64,000 nucleotides of DNA from Pseudomonadaceae bacterium (GCA_900766265.1 CAAFUS010000013.1:255940-319939), one strand, 5' to 3'. Counted from the first letter of the stretch, positions 35,992 through 45,350 are shown. Notes: a model not told the origin generated them from the sequence alone. Numbers and translations: made by a program.

Positions 35992-37251
35992 TCAGTTGAC
36001 TCCCTGATAAATAATATCACCCATATATTCGCCAAAGCTGCCGCCTTCCGATCCGCCATAATAGGCACCGGCAGCAGCGCCAGCGATTGCGATCACTGCG
36101 AGGGCGGGAGCTCCAACTGTGACACCGAACGCGATTGCGACTCCTCCCGCTACGGCAGTCGCTATTTGACCGCCTGCGAAACCTCCGACTGCGCCGCCGC
36201 TTGCACTGCCTATGAAACCAGTTACCTGCATGTAGCCGGTTCGGGTGCAGGCTTGATCATTCCCGACTGTGCAAGCTTCCTGAATCTTGTTCAACCGAAC
36301 GCCACCGTCGATGGCAATTCCCAAGTAGCCCAGCCGACTCGATCCCTTGGCCCAGCTAGAAATCGTATTGATCCGTTGCCCAAGTTGCGGCACCTCGCCT
36401 CTCTCAGTAATTGCAGAAGCGTTATGCAGGATAGATTTGGTCGATAAGCCGAGGGTGGACTTAATGCTGTGGTAGTTACGAATATTGATAGATGAAAGGG
36501 TCAAGCGACCCAGAGAGTGATTCAGCTGACTAAATAGCTGCTGACGCTTCGTATAGAACTCAGGGGAAAACCTGCTGGCGTTTCCGGCGCGTCGCAGTTC
36601 TTCCACATACGCGGCGTTTATCTTCTCCAGATTGCTTCTGACGTCTCCCAGCTGTCGTCCTGCCGCTGCGCTCAGCACACCCAGCGCGGTGCTCTGGTGG
36701 GATGCAACGGTTTCCAGGGAGATGTAATCCAGTACCTCCAGATGCCGCTTGACCGTCATGGCTTCATCAGGCGTCAGTTGTTGAATGCCTTCACTTGCAA
36801 GCTTCGCCTGTTCCCTTGCCTTTTCCAGGCGCTGCCGGTCGTCGTCGGTACGCGGCATGTTGGAGACGATGACGATCTCTCCGGGCAGTACCGTCTCCTT
36901 GAGGTGTTCGTTATTACGCTGGAACAGCGAGCGATGAAGAAAGTGCATTTCATTGCCGCAGATCTCCTCGTAGATCGCCTGGCGGCGCTGCACCTTGTCG
37001 TTCCAGTAGAACGCCACGTCGAATGCAGCACCACTGCATTGACTGTCCTGAACGACTTGTCCAGCTGTACAGCCGGGCCGGGCGGGTCCGGTCGTTTCAG
37101 GCACACGCAGTGTCTGTCCGGCCTGGATCTGGTTCGGGTTTTCGATCTCTGGATTCAGACGCAGCAGATTGCTGATGGTTGTACCGTGATCGCTGGCTAT
37201 CCGGGCCAGACTATCGCCTCGCTGTATGCTGTATTCCATTGCGTTATCCAT
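35992..37251 (-). CDS. T6SS effector candidate: N-terminal LysM domain, helical middle, C-terminal glycine-zipper membrane-insertion region
   Basis: LysM at aa 6-51 (YSIQRGDSLARIASDHGTTISNLLRLNPEIENPNQIQAGQTLRVP). Gly-zipper at aa about 341-400 (GFIGSASGGAVGGFAGGQIATAVAGGVAIAFGVTVGAPALAVIAIAGAAAGAYYGG). It follows the DUF4123 adaptor gene. An alternative start is the ATG at 37239. Confidence 0.65.
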   Translation of the reverse strand: MDNAMEYSIQRGDSLARIASDHGTTISNLLRLNPEIENPNQIQAGQTLRVPETTGPARPGCTAGQVVQDSQCSGAAFDVAFYWNDKVQRRQAIYEEICGNEMHFLHRSLFQRNNEHLKETVLPGEIVIVSNMPRTDDDRQRLEKAREQAKLASEGIQQLTPDEAMTVKRHLEVLDYISLETVASHQSTALGVLSAAAGRQLGDVRSNLEKINAAYVEELRRAGNASRFSPEFYTKRQQLFSQLNHSLGRLTLSSINIRNYHSIKSTLGLSTKSILHNASAITERGEVPQLGQRINTISSWAKGSSRLGYLGIAIDGGVRLNKIQEACTVGNDQACTRTGYMQVTGFIGSASGGAVGGFAGGQIATAVAGGVAIAFGVTVGAPALAVIAIAGAAAGAYYGGSEGGSFGEYMGDIIYQGVN

Positions 37252-38071
37252 TCAGACCAAGCAGGTCGGCTTCGATTCGAGCCAGCCGGTGCTCGGCAGG
37301 TTCGTCCATGTTAGCCAGTCGCATACGAACGTCTGGTTTGTTGATAGCGTCGGGAAACTGGAGCGCCAGCTCAACGTAGGCGAACAGGTGCTGCTCAGAC
37401 TCGATGCCGAACTTTTCAGCTTCTGCCGTACGCTGATGGATGATCTCTTTCAGCTCCACATCTGGTTGCCCGTTAAAGTTGTTAACGCAAAAGTGCGATA
37501 CCAAGCGCTGAATGAATAGCTGTCGCTCTTGTTCCTGCCAGCGAGCAAGGTGCTCCGCGCGAATCGAAAACCAGCCTTCGTCGTCGGCAGGTCTGGCGGG
37601 AGAGGAATAGGGCGTGGTGAAACCTAGCCATTTGTTTTCTTCGGCAGGTACCCATATTTTGCTGACAGGACCGAGCCAGGCGCTGAGTTCGTCTTGTGTG
37701 AGGCTGTCGAAGAAACGTTCGGTCAAGGCTGGGTCATAAAACCTGCAGAAGGCCAATTCTCCAGAGTGCAGCCTGACGCTCAGCAGGCTGCGCAAATGGT
37801 TCGCCAGGCCCTCGATGTTAACGGAGCTTTCCAAAAGCAGGCCTGACGATTGCCAACGCTCCCGGTTTTCCCACAAACGATGTTGTCCGGAGAGGCGATA
37901 CAAGGCGGGGCTGACTTCCAGCATGGACTCATGGCGCGTGCCTCGGTACAGAGGCTCTACCTTGGGTGCATCATCGTGCTGATAGATGACCTGCAAGGCG
38001 GGTAACGCCGCGCCATCGAGCAGCAGGTAGAGGTCGTCCCGCTCGATCTCCGGTTCTTCTGCTCCGCGCAT
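37244..38071 (-). CDS. DUF4123-family T6SS adaptor/chaperone (Tap/Tec-like)
   Basis: Motifs LYLLLDGAALP and CRFYDPALTERFF are typical of DUF4123. The ATG at 38071 shares one base with the vgrG stop (TGATG). It lies between vgrG and the effector gene. Confidence 0.75.
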   Translation of the reverse strand: MRGAEEPEIERDDLYLLLDGAALPALQVIYQHDDAPKVEPLYRGTRHESMLEVSPALYRLSGQHRLWENRERWQSSGLLLESSVNIEGLANHLRSLLSVRLHSGELAFCRFYDPALTERFFDSLTQDELSAWLGPVSKIWVPAEENKWLGFTTPYSSPARPADDEGWFSIRAEHLARWQEQERQLFIQRLVSHFCVNNFNGQPDVELKEIIHQRTAEAEKFGIESEQHLFAYVELALQFPDAINKPDVRMRLANMDEPAEHRLARIEADLLGLNG

Positions 38072-40167
38072 CAAACCACGCTCGCGTTCTTGCCGCATGG
38101 GCAAACCTCCAATTGGCAGAAGCCATCGGGTTGCACGCCGCATTGTTTGACCAACAGCAGCTTGGCCGCCGCAGCCTGCTTGAGTTGCGGCGACATGTTG
38201 ATCAAGGCCGGCAAAGTGAGGCCGCCGGCAGCGGCGCTAGCCGCCAGCCATGGAATCACTGGTGCCAGAATATTCAATCCCGACCCTTTTCCCGGCGCAC
38301 CACCCGAATTCATCTTGATCGTCGCCCCGCTCAGGGTCACGCCGCTCGGGTCGAATTTTAGGAAGCTGCCGCCGCCTTTGGCGGTGAGCTCCATGCCTGC
38401 GTCGATGACGACTTTGCTGCCGGCGTAGTAGTGAATTTCGTTGCCCGCCTCAACGAACTGCCCGGTGCCAATCTTCGTGTGCTGGGCGTTGCCCACGGTG
38501 AGATGGTCGTTGGCGCGGATTTCGGTCTTGCGGTCGGCGTGGGTGGTGCGGTGTTCTTCGGCGCGGAATTCGCTGTAGCTGTTGGCCTCGACGGTGTCGT
38601 GGCGTTCGTGGCCGACGCGGATCTTCTGGTCGTGTTCGATGTTTTCGTCCCAGTCGCGCTGAGCGTGGACGTAGATCTGCTCGGCGCCTTTGCGGTCTTC
38701 GATGCGCAATTCGTTATAGCCGCCACCGCCCGGGCTGCTGAGGGTCTTGAAGACGCTTCGCGTCTTGTTGGCCGGCAGGTCATACGGGACGACATGCTCC
38801 TTGTGGTACAGGCATCCGGTGACCAGAGGCTGATCGGGGTCGCCTTCGAGGAAGGTCACCAGCACTTCCATGCCCACGCGGGGGATGGCTATGCCGCCGT
38901 AGCGGTCACCCGCCCAGCTTGAGCTAACGCGCAGCCAGCAGCTGGTCTTGTCGTCTGCCTGACCGTCACGGTCCCAGTGGAACTGGACCTTCACCCGGCC
39001 GTATTCGTCGCAGTGGATCTCTTCACCGGCAGGGCCGGTGACCACAGCGGTCTGGCTGCCGAGGACTTTGGGCTTGGGATGCTTCAGCGCCGGGCGGAAG
39101 GGGATGTCCCAGGGCGTGGCGGTGAAGTGGTTGCGGTAGCCTTGAGTAAAATCGTCACGGGCGAGGCTGTCGCTCGTCACCGATTCTTCCAGCACCTGCG
39201 GCTGCTTGCCGTCGTGGAGGATCTCGTTCAGCAGCCAAAGCTGGTTCCAGTCAGCGCGCGAGTGCTCGGCGAGCGAAAGAAAATGACCGGTGACCAAGAG
39301 AGGCTGATCGCTCTCGCCTTCGGCCAGCTCGAAATCGCTGCGGTGACGTTCCAGTGCACGTTGGGACAGGTGCTTGCCGCGGGCGCGCTCGGTGAAGCGG
39401 CCGGGGTAGTCGTAGTCTTCCAGGTCTGGCTGAAATTCGCTCTGGAAGGCGCCTTCCATCGTCAGACGCGGTTTCTCGAAATCGTAGTCGCGGCGGGTGA
39501 CGCGGCTGGTGCGGGTCTCGACCCGCAGGGCGAAGCGCTTGATCACCGGCTGGTCGGCGACCAAACCAGAGTCCTGCTGATAGGCCACCGGTGAGAGCTT
39601 AGGGAAACCCGTCTGGTCGTCGCCGAACACCAGCACGTGCCCCGCAGCGCTGTGCTGGAAGTGGTAGTGAATGCCTTCTTCCTCGCACAGGCGCTGGATG
39701 AAGTGCAGGTCGCTCTCGTCGTACTGCACGCAGTAGTCGCGCTCGGGGTAGACCGAACCGAGGCCGAAGCGGAAGGCGTCCGCCTGAATGCCATGCTCTT
39801 CGAGTACCTGACTGATGATCTTCTCCACCGTCAGGTGCTGGAAGATGCGCTGGTTGGTGCGGTGAGCCAGGTAGGCCAGCTGCGGGCGCAGGGTGATGTG
39901 ATAGCGGGTCAGGCGCTTGCCCGAATCACCCTGGGCGATGCGGTAAATCAGACCATGGATGCCGTTGCCGGCCGGCGAGAGGGCAAGAAAGGCCGGCTGG
40001 TGCAGCAGGCTTTCCAGGTCCAGGTCAGGGCGCTCGCTGACCAGCTCGAGCTCGAAGGCGAAGGGCTGGGAGAGCGCCTCGCGGCCCTTGAACTCAACTA
40101 CCTGCAGGTCGTGGGTGATGCCTTCGATGGCGAGGCTGAAATGGGTGTCGTTGGCCGGGTTGAACAT
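38071..40167 (-). CDS. vgrG: T6SS spike protein VgrG (copy b) with distinct hydrophobic/Cys-rich C-terminal tail
   Basis: The core is near-identical to copy a. The tail is ...NILAPVIPWLAASAAAGGLTLPALINMSPQLKQAAAAKLLLVKQCGVQPDGFCQLEVCPCGKNASVV; 698 aa. Confidence 0.93.
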   Translation of the reverse strand: MFNPANDTHFSLAIEGITHDLQVVEFKGREALSQPFAFELELVSERPDLDLESLLHQPAFLALSPAGNGIHGLIYRIAQGDSGKRLTRYHITLRPQLAYLAHRTNQRIFQHLTVEKIISQVLEEHGIQADAFRFGLGSVYPERDYCVQYDESDLHFIQRLCEEEGIHYHFQHSAAGHVLVFGDDQTGFPKLSPVAYQQDSGLVADQPVIKRFALRVETRTSRVTRRDYDFEKPRLTMEGAFQSEFQPDLEDYDYPGRFTERARGKHLSQRALERHRSDFELAEGESDQPLLVTGHFLSLAEHSRADWNQLWLLNEILHDGKQPQVLEESVTSDSLARDDFTQGYRNHFTATPWDIPFRPALKHPKPKVLGSQTAVVTGPAGEEIHCDEYGRVKVQFHWDRDGQADDKTSCWLRVSSSWAGDRYGGIAIPRVGMEVLVTFLEGDPDQPLVTGCLYHKEHVVPYDLPANKTRSVFKTLSSPGGGGYNELRIEDRKGAEQIYVHAQRDWDENIEHDQKIRVGHERHDTVEANSYSEFRAEEHRTTHADRKTEIRANDHLTVGNAQHTKIGTGQFVEAGNEIHYYAGSKVVIDAGMELTAKGGGSFLKFDPSGVTLSGATIKMNSGGAPGKGSGLNILAPVIPWLAASAAAGGLTLPALINMSPQLKQAAAAKLLLVKQCGVQPDGFCQLEVCPCGKNASVV
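38270..40167 (-). repeat. Right copy of the ~1.9-kb direct repeat (vgrG paralogue core)
   Basis: See the left copy. Same strand, about 14.4 kb apart. Confidence 0.8.
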
Positions 40168-40182
40168 GTCTTCGGTCCGTCC

Positions 40183-41691
40183 TTAGAGGTCTGCAGGGCT
40201 GATGTTCAGCCGTTCCATGCGGTACAGCAGGGTGCGCCGTGGCAGGCCCAGCTCGCGGGCGGCCTGGCTCTGGTTGCCGCCGTTCCTGCGCAGGCAGTCG
40301 ACGAGCAGGTTGCGCTCGACCCGCTCCATTCGCTCACGCAGGGTCATGCCGCTTGGCTCGCTTTCCGCCTCGATGCGCAGGTTGAAATGCTCGGGCAGAA
40401 GTTCACCGCCTTCGCACAGCAGCACGGCGCGTTCGACGAGGCCCTTCAGTTCGCGCACGTTGCCAGGGAAGCTGTAACTGGCCAGCTGCTCGAGCGCCGC
40501 ATCCGACCAGCGACAGAGGTTGCGCTGGAGAAAGGTGCAGGCCTTGTCGGCGAAATGGCGGGCCAGACGCAGGATGTCCTGGTCGCGTTCGCGCAGCGGG
40601 GGCAGCTCGATGGGAAAATGCGAGAGACGGTAGTAGAGGTCTTCGCGAAAACGACCCTCTTCGACACGCTTACGCAAGTCCTGATGCGTTGCGGCGACGA
40701 TCCGCACGTCGACCTTATGGGTGTCGGTCGAGCCTAATGGACGCACTTCGCCTTCCTGCAGAACGCGCAATAGTTTGGCCTGCAGCAGTAGCGGCATGTC
40801 GCCGATTTCGTCGAGAAACAGGGTGCCGCCGTCTGCCGCATCCAACAGGCCGGCGCGGTCGCGGTCGGCACCCGTGAAAGCGCCTTTGCGGTAGCCGAAG
40901 AGTTCGCTTTCAAGCAGGTTTTCCGGCAAAGAAGCGCAGTTCTGCACGATGAACGCTTTGCTGCGCCGGTAGCCGCAATCATGGATGGCGCGGGCGACCA
41001 GTTCCTTGCCGGTGCCGGTCTCGCCGGTCAGCAGCACACTCACCGGGCTATGCAGGACCTTGCCGATCAGTCCGTAGACTGCGCGCATGCGTGCGCTGTC
41101 CCCAATCAGACCATAACCGCTGGCGCAGGGGGCCACTGGCGCGCTCGGCGCTTCCTGTCGCGGCGCGCGCAGGCGCTGGAGCAGTTGCGCTTGAGCGATG
41201 CTGAATTTGCCGAGCTGATCAAGGGAGTCGCCAAAGGCACTCAGGTCGCGAACCTGGCGGCTCGCGGTAACCAGCAACCCGCGGACGCGGCCCTGTTCAT
41301 CCGCCAACGGCAGGCACAGCAGGCTGCGCCAAGGGCGTGAGTGCTCAGGCAAGAAGCTGCTGGCGTGCAGGCTGCTGTCGAGTTCGGCGATGAACAGCCG
41401 CTGGTTCTGACACAGGCAATACTGCAGCAGCTGCTCGCCGTCGTAATCGCTGGGCAGGCTGGCTGCTTCGCGCGGTTGCAGCACGCCGTCGAGCCATTCG
41501 GCCGAGAGGGTCAGGCGCGTATGCGTCTCATCAAGAAGATACAGCTGGCTCAGCTCGCAGCCCGCCAGCGTCGCCGCGGCGTCGACAAGGCCGCCAAGCA
41601 AGGCATCCGCGCTGGCGGTGCGTGCCAGCGCCGCGAAGTGCTCCAGCAGCGACTGCGCATAGCGCAGCGGCTGAGGGACCTGGTCGAACAT
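40183..41691 (-). CDS. Sigma-54-dependent transcriptional activator with N-terminal GAF domain (Sfa-like bEBP)
   Basis: GAF-like N-terminus. The AAA+ core has Walker A GETGTGKE and the sigma-54 contact motif GAFTGA ([15 protein letters not shown]). C-terminal Fis-type HTH ([19 protein letters not shown]). An alternative start at 41748 would overlap clpV. Confidence 0.9.
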   Translation of the reverse strand: MFDQVPQPLRYAQSLLEHFAALARTASADALLGGLVDAAATLAGCELSQLYLLDETHTRLTLSAEWLDGVLQPREAASLPSDYDGEQLLQYCLCQNQRLFIAELDSSLHASSFLPEHSRPWRSLLCLPLADEQGRVRGLLVTASRQVRDLSAFGDSLDQLGKFSIAQAQLLQRLRAPRQEAPSAPVAPCASGYGLIGDSARMRAVYGLIGKVLHSPVSVLLTGETGTGKELVARAIHDCGYRRSKAFIVQNCASLPENLLESELFGYRKGAFTGADRDRAGLLDAADGGTLFLDEIGDMPLLLQAKLLRVLQEGEVRPLGSTDTHKVDVRIVAATHQDLRKRVEEGRFREDLYYRLSHFPIELPPLRERDQDILRLARHFADKACTFLQRNLCRWSDAALEQLASYSFPGNVRELKGLVERAVLLCEGGELLPEHFNLRIEAESEPSGMTLRERMERVERNLLVDCLRRNGGNQSQAARELGLPRRTLLYRMERLNISPADL

Positions 41692-41701
41692 CGGCGCCTG
41701 C

Positions 41702-44302
41702 TTAAGCGAACTCACAGACCACCGTTCCTTGGCTGTCCAGAGTGGCATGTACGCGTTGCAGGGCTTCGCCGCCGGCCATGGCGTCGAGCAGACGGTCGAC
41801 CACTAGCGGCTGCAGGTGTTGGTCAATCAGATGGTCGATCAGACGCGCGCCGCTGTCGCTGTGGGTGCAGCGTTCGGCGAGGTTCTCGACCAGCGCTTCG
41901 CAGTGGCTGAACTGCAGCTGGCGACGCGCCAGACGCTCACCGAAGCGCGACAGCTTGAGCGCGACCAGTTCGTTGAGCACTTCGCCCTGCACGGGGTAGT
42001 AGGGCACAACGCGCATACGGGCAAGCAGCGCAGGCTTGAAGTGCTGGGTCAGCGCCGGACGGATGGCCAGTTCCAGGTCCTCGGTTGCCGGGCGCTGGTC
42101 GCCCTGGCAGAGGCTGGCGATACGGTCGCTGGCGAGGTTGCTGGTCATCAGGATAAGGGTGTTGCGGAAGTTGATCTCGCGCCCCTCGCCGTCGTTGGCC
42201 ACACCCTTGTCGAAGATCTGATAGAAGACATTCATCACGTCCGGGTCGGCCTTTTCGACTTCATCGAGCAGGACCACCGAGTACGGCTTCTGCCGAACGG
42301 CCTCGGTCAGCATGCCGCCTTCGCCGTAACCGACGTAGCCCGGTGGCGCGCCGATCAGGCGGGAAACGGTGTGCTTTTCCTGGAACTCGGACATGTTGAT
42401 GGTGGTGAGGAAACGCTCGCCGCCATAGAGCAGGTCGGCGAGGGCCAGTGCGGTTTCGGTCTTGCCGACGCCGCTTGGGCCGACCAGCAGGAAAACGCCA
42501 ACAGGCGCGTCGGGCTTGTTCAGTCCGGCTGCGGTGGCACGCATCGAGCGGTCGAGCGCATCGATCGCTTGCTCCTGGCCCCGTACGCGCTGGCGGAGAT
42601 CGTTCGCGAAGCTGAGCACCTTGCTGTTGTGTTCACGGGCGAGCTGAGAGAGTGGCACGCCGGTCCAGTGGCTGATCACTTCCGCCACCAGGCGAGGGCA
42701 GACCTCGAAACTCACCAGCCGCTCGGTCGCTTGGGCGCTGGCGAGTTCGACCTGAAGATCACGCAGTTCGGCTTCAAGCTGCTCGAGGTTCGGGTGCGCT
42801 TCACTCTCGGATTCGGCAGACGGGGCCAGGCGCGCGGCAGCGCATTGCTTGCGAAGCTCCAGCAGGCGCTCGGCCAGCGTGCGTTGCGTGGACCAGCGTG
42901 TTTCCAGCTGCTCGAGTTCGGCGCGGGCAGCCGCCAGGCGGGTCTCGAGCGCATCCAGTATGTCGGTGTCGATGTGCAGGCCTGCGTCGAGGTCGCGGCG
43001 CAGCGCGACTCCCTGGCGCTCGCCCTCGGCGATTTCACCGCGCAGACGTTCCAGGGCTTCAGGGGCCGCGGCGAGACTGATACGTACCCGGGCGCAGGCA
43101 GTGTCGAGTACGTCCACAGCCTTGTCCGGCAGCTGGCGCCCGGCGAGGTAGCGGGCTGACAACTCGGCAGCGGCCACGACGGCGTCGTCGCGCAGGTAAA
43201 TGCCATGGCTCTTTTCGTACACAGGTGCGAGGCCGCGCAGGATGGTCACCGCTTCGTCGACGGTGGGTTCGAGCAGCTGGACAGGTTGGAAACGGCGGGC
43301 GAGGGCAGGGTCCTTCTCGAAGTACTTCTTGTACTCGCTCCAGGTGGTGGCGGCGATGGTGCGCAATTCGCCACGCGCCAGCGCCGGCTTGAGCAGGTTG
43401 GCGGCGTCGCCACTGCCGGCCTGGCCGCCAGCACCGATCAGAGTGTGGGCTTCATCGATGAACAGGATGATCGGCTTGGGTGAGGCCTTGACCTCGTCGA
43501 TCACGCCCTGCAAGCGGCGTTCGAACTCACCTTTGACGCTGGCGCCGGCCTGCAGCAAACCGAGGTCCAGGCACAACAGCTCGACGCCTTTGAGCGCTTC
43601 GGGCACTTCGCCAGTGGCGATGCGCAGGGCAAGGCCCTCGACGATGGCAGTCTTGCCCACGCCGGCTTCGCCAACCACGATCGGGTTGCTTTTGCGACGG
43701 CGCGCGAGGATGTCGATCATCTGGCGGATGGCAGCGTCGCGGCATAGTACCGGGTCGAGTTTGCCGTCCCGGGCCTGCTGAGTGAAGTTGTGCGTGAAGC
43801 GCGACAGGTTGGACTCGCCTGCTGGCGTTGCCTTGCCCGGCGCGGAAACTGGCTGCTGGGCAAGCGCGAATTCGCGCAGACGTTCGGCGTTCAGGCGCGC
43901 CAGCAGCGGCTGGTAATGGCTACCGGCGTAGCGCATCGGGTTACGCAACAGCGCCAGGATCAGTGCGGCCTGGTCGATCTGGCTCTGACCGAGCTCGAGG
44001 TTGCCGACCAGCAAGGCGTCCTGCAGCCACTGCACCAGTTCGGCGGAGAACACCGGGTTGCGTGATTCGCTGTGCTCGCCGCGCGGCTGCAGCGCCTGGG
44101 CGAGGGCTCCGGCGTCGACATCGGCGTCTTGCAGGGCGCGCATAAGCAAGCCTTCGGGCCGCTCCAGCAGGCCCAGCAGCAGGTCTTCGACGAGAATCTT
44201 GCTGCCGCCACGCACCACACAGCGCTCGGCTGCAGCTTCCAGGTCGCGCTTGGTCTCGGCATCAAGTGCCTGAACCAGTTGTTGTAGGTCTACGTTGATC
44301 AT
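41702..44302 (-). CDS. clpV: T6SS AAA+ ATPase ClpV (TssH)
   Basis: Two Walker A boxes (GEAGVGKTAIVEGLA; GPSGVGKTETALALA). The start was set to the ATG at 44302 (MINVDLQQLVQALD), 10 nt after the tssG stop. Confidence 0.95.
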   Translation of the reverse strand: MINVDLQQLVQALDAETKRDLEAAAERCVVRGGSKILVEDLLLGLLERPEGLLMRALQDADVDAGALAQALQPRGEHSESRNPVFSAELVQWLQDALLVGNLELGQSQIDQAALILALLRNPMRYAGSHYQPLLARLNAERLREFALAQQPVSAPGKATPAGESNLSRFTHNFTQQARDGKLDPVLCRDAAIRQMIDILARRRKSNPIVVGEAGVGKTAIVEGLALRIATGEVPEALKGVELLCLDLGLLQAGASVKGEFERRLQGVIDEVKASPKPIILFIDEAHTLIGAGGQAGSGDAANLLKPALARGELRTIAATTWSEYKKYFEKDPALARRFQPVQLLEPTVDEAVTILRGLAPVYEKSHGIYLRDDAVVAAAELSARYLAGRQLPDKAVDVLDTACARVRISLAAAPEALERLRGEIAEGERQGVALRRDLDAGLHIDTDILDALETRLAAARAELEQLETRWSTQRTLAERLLELRKQCAAARLAPSAESESEAHPNLEQLEAELRDLQVELASAQATERLVSFEVCPRLVAEVISHWTGVPLSQLAREHNSKVLSFANDLRQRVRGQEQAIDALDRSMRATAAGLNKPDAPVGVFLLVGPSGVGKTETALALADLLYGGERFLTTINMSEFQEKHTVSRLIGAPPGYVGYGEGGMLTEAVRQKPYSVVLLDEVEKADPDVMNVFYQIFDKGVANDGEGREINFRNTLILMTSNLASDRIASLCQGDQRPATEDLELAIRPALTQHFKPALLARMRVVPYYPVQGEVLNELVALKLSRFGERLARRQLQFSHCEALVENLAERCTHSDSGARLIDHLIDQHLQPLVVDRLLDAMAGGEALQRVHATLDSQGTVVCEFA

Positions 44303-44312
44303 TTCATCGTCC

Positions 44313-45350
44313 TTAATGAGTCTGGCTGCCCAGGGTGACCATGCCGTCGGCGCGTTCGCTCCCGAGCCAGCTGGTCCAGCCGAGGCGGCAGGAATTTTCG
44401 GCGCCGATGCGCATTTCGCGGATTTCGTCGCGACGCAGCTCCAGGCGAATGTCGTAATCGAGTGGATCGCGCAGGGTGAAGCGCACAAGCGCGCACAGCG
44501 GCTGGTAGCCGTTGCCCACGGGCAGGAATTCGTGGAACCGGTCCCAGCTCAGCTGGCGGATGTGGATACGGAATTTGCCGCCGCGATCGCGTACCCGTTC
44601 GCCGAGCACCAGGCTCTCGCCGAGTTGGCTGTTGGCTCGGCCGAGGCGATTCTGTTGCTCAGCGAGAATCTCGACCTGACGCTCCAGGCACTGCTCGATG
44701 CGCAGGTCGGCGTGCTTGAAGTAGTAGCGCAGCACCGACTCGATCAAGGCGGCCGAGTGCGCGCGCAGGCTTAGCAGGCCCAGATACGGGAGCAGGCGCT
44801 TCCAGTTGAGTTCGGAAGCGGCGCGGATCTGCTCGCCTCCGAGCCCGATCAGGGCAAAGAGCTGCTCGGAGAGCGGGTCGCGTGCACCGCTGGTGAAGCG
44901 GGCTCGGTAGCGGTATTTCTGCCAGATCGGCAGCATCAGCCGCTGCAGGCGGTTGTTGAACAGGTCGAGAAACTCGCGCGTCGGGTTCCCCTCAGCGCTG
45001 TCGCCCAGGGCTTGCTCGCCGTAGAAGGCGGGCAGGGGCGATCCTGCGCCAAACAGGCTGATCAAGTTGATGCGCAGCCGCGCACGCATCTCGCCGTGTT
45101 CCTGGAAGAACTCGACGCGATCGACGTCGCTGCCGGGAAAGCCCAGGCTCGGGTTGGCCTGAAATTCGAGATGCTCGTAGAGCGCCTCATCGTCCAGATC
45201 AGGATGCGCGGCTTTCAGACGGTCCATCACCAGCAGCACACCCTGGAACAGGCTGTATTCTCGGATGCCCCGGCTGATCCGGGTGAGACCGGGCTCAAAG
45301 CCAGCTGCGCGTCGGCCAGGCGGCGTTGAAGCCGAACTCAAAATGCTCAT
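44313..45350 (-). CDS. tssG: T6SS baseplate protein TssG
   Basis: 345 aa, TssG-like sequence, positioned between tssF and clpV. Confidence 0.88.
   Translation of the reverse strand: MSILSSASTPPGRRAAGFEPGLTRISRGIREYSLFQGVLLVMDRLKAAHPDLDDEALYEHLEFQANPSLGFPGSDVDRVEFFQEHGEMRARLRINLISLFGAGSPLPAFYGEQALGDSAEGNPTREFLDLFNNRLQRLMLPIWQKYRYRARFTSGARDPLSEQLFALIGLGGEQIRAASELNWKRLLPYLGLLSLRAHSAALIESVLRYYFKHADLRIEQCLERQVEILAEQQNRLGRANSQLGESLVLGERVRDRGGKFRIHIRQLSWDRFHEFLPVGNGYQPLCALVRFTLRDPLDYDIRLELRRDEIREMRIGAENSCRLGWTSWLGSERADGMVTLGSQTH

Noticed and set aside
44303-44488. 62-codon N-terminal extension of the clpV ORF
   Set aside because: It overlaps the 3' end of tssG. The ClpV N-domain sequence begins at MINVDLQQL (ATG at 44302).
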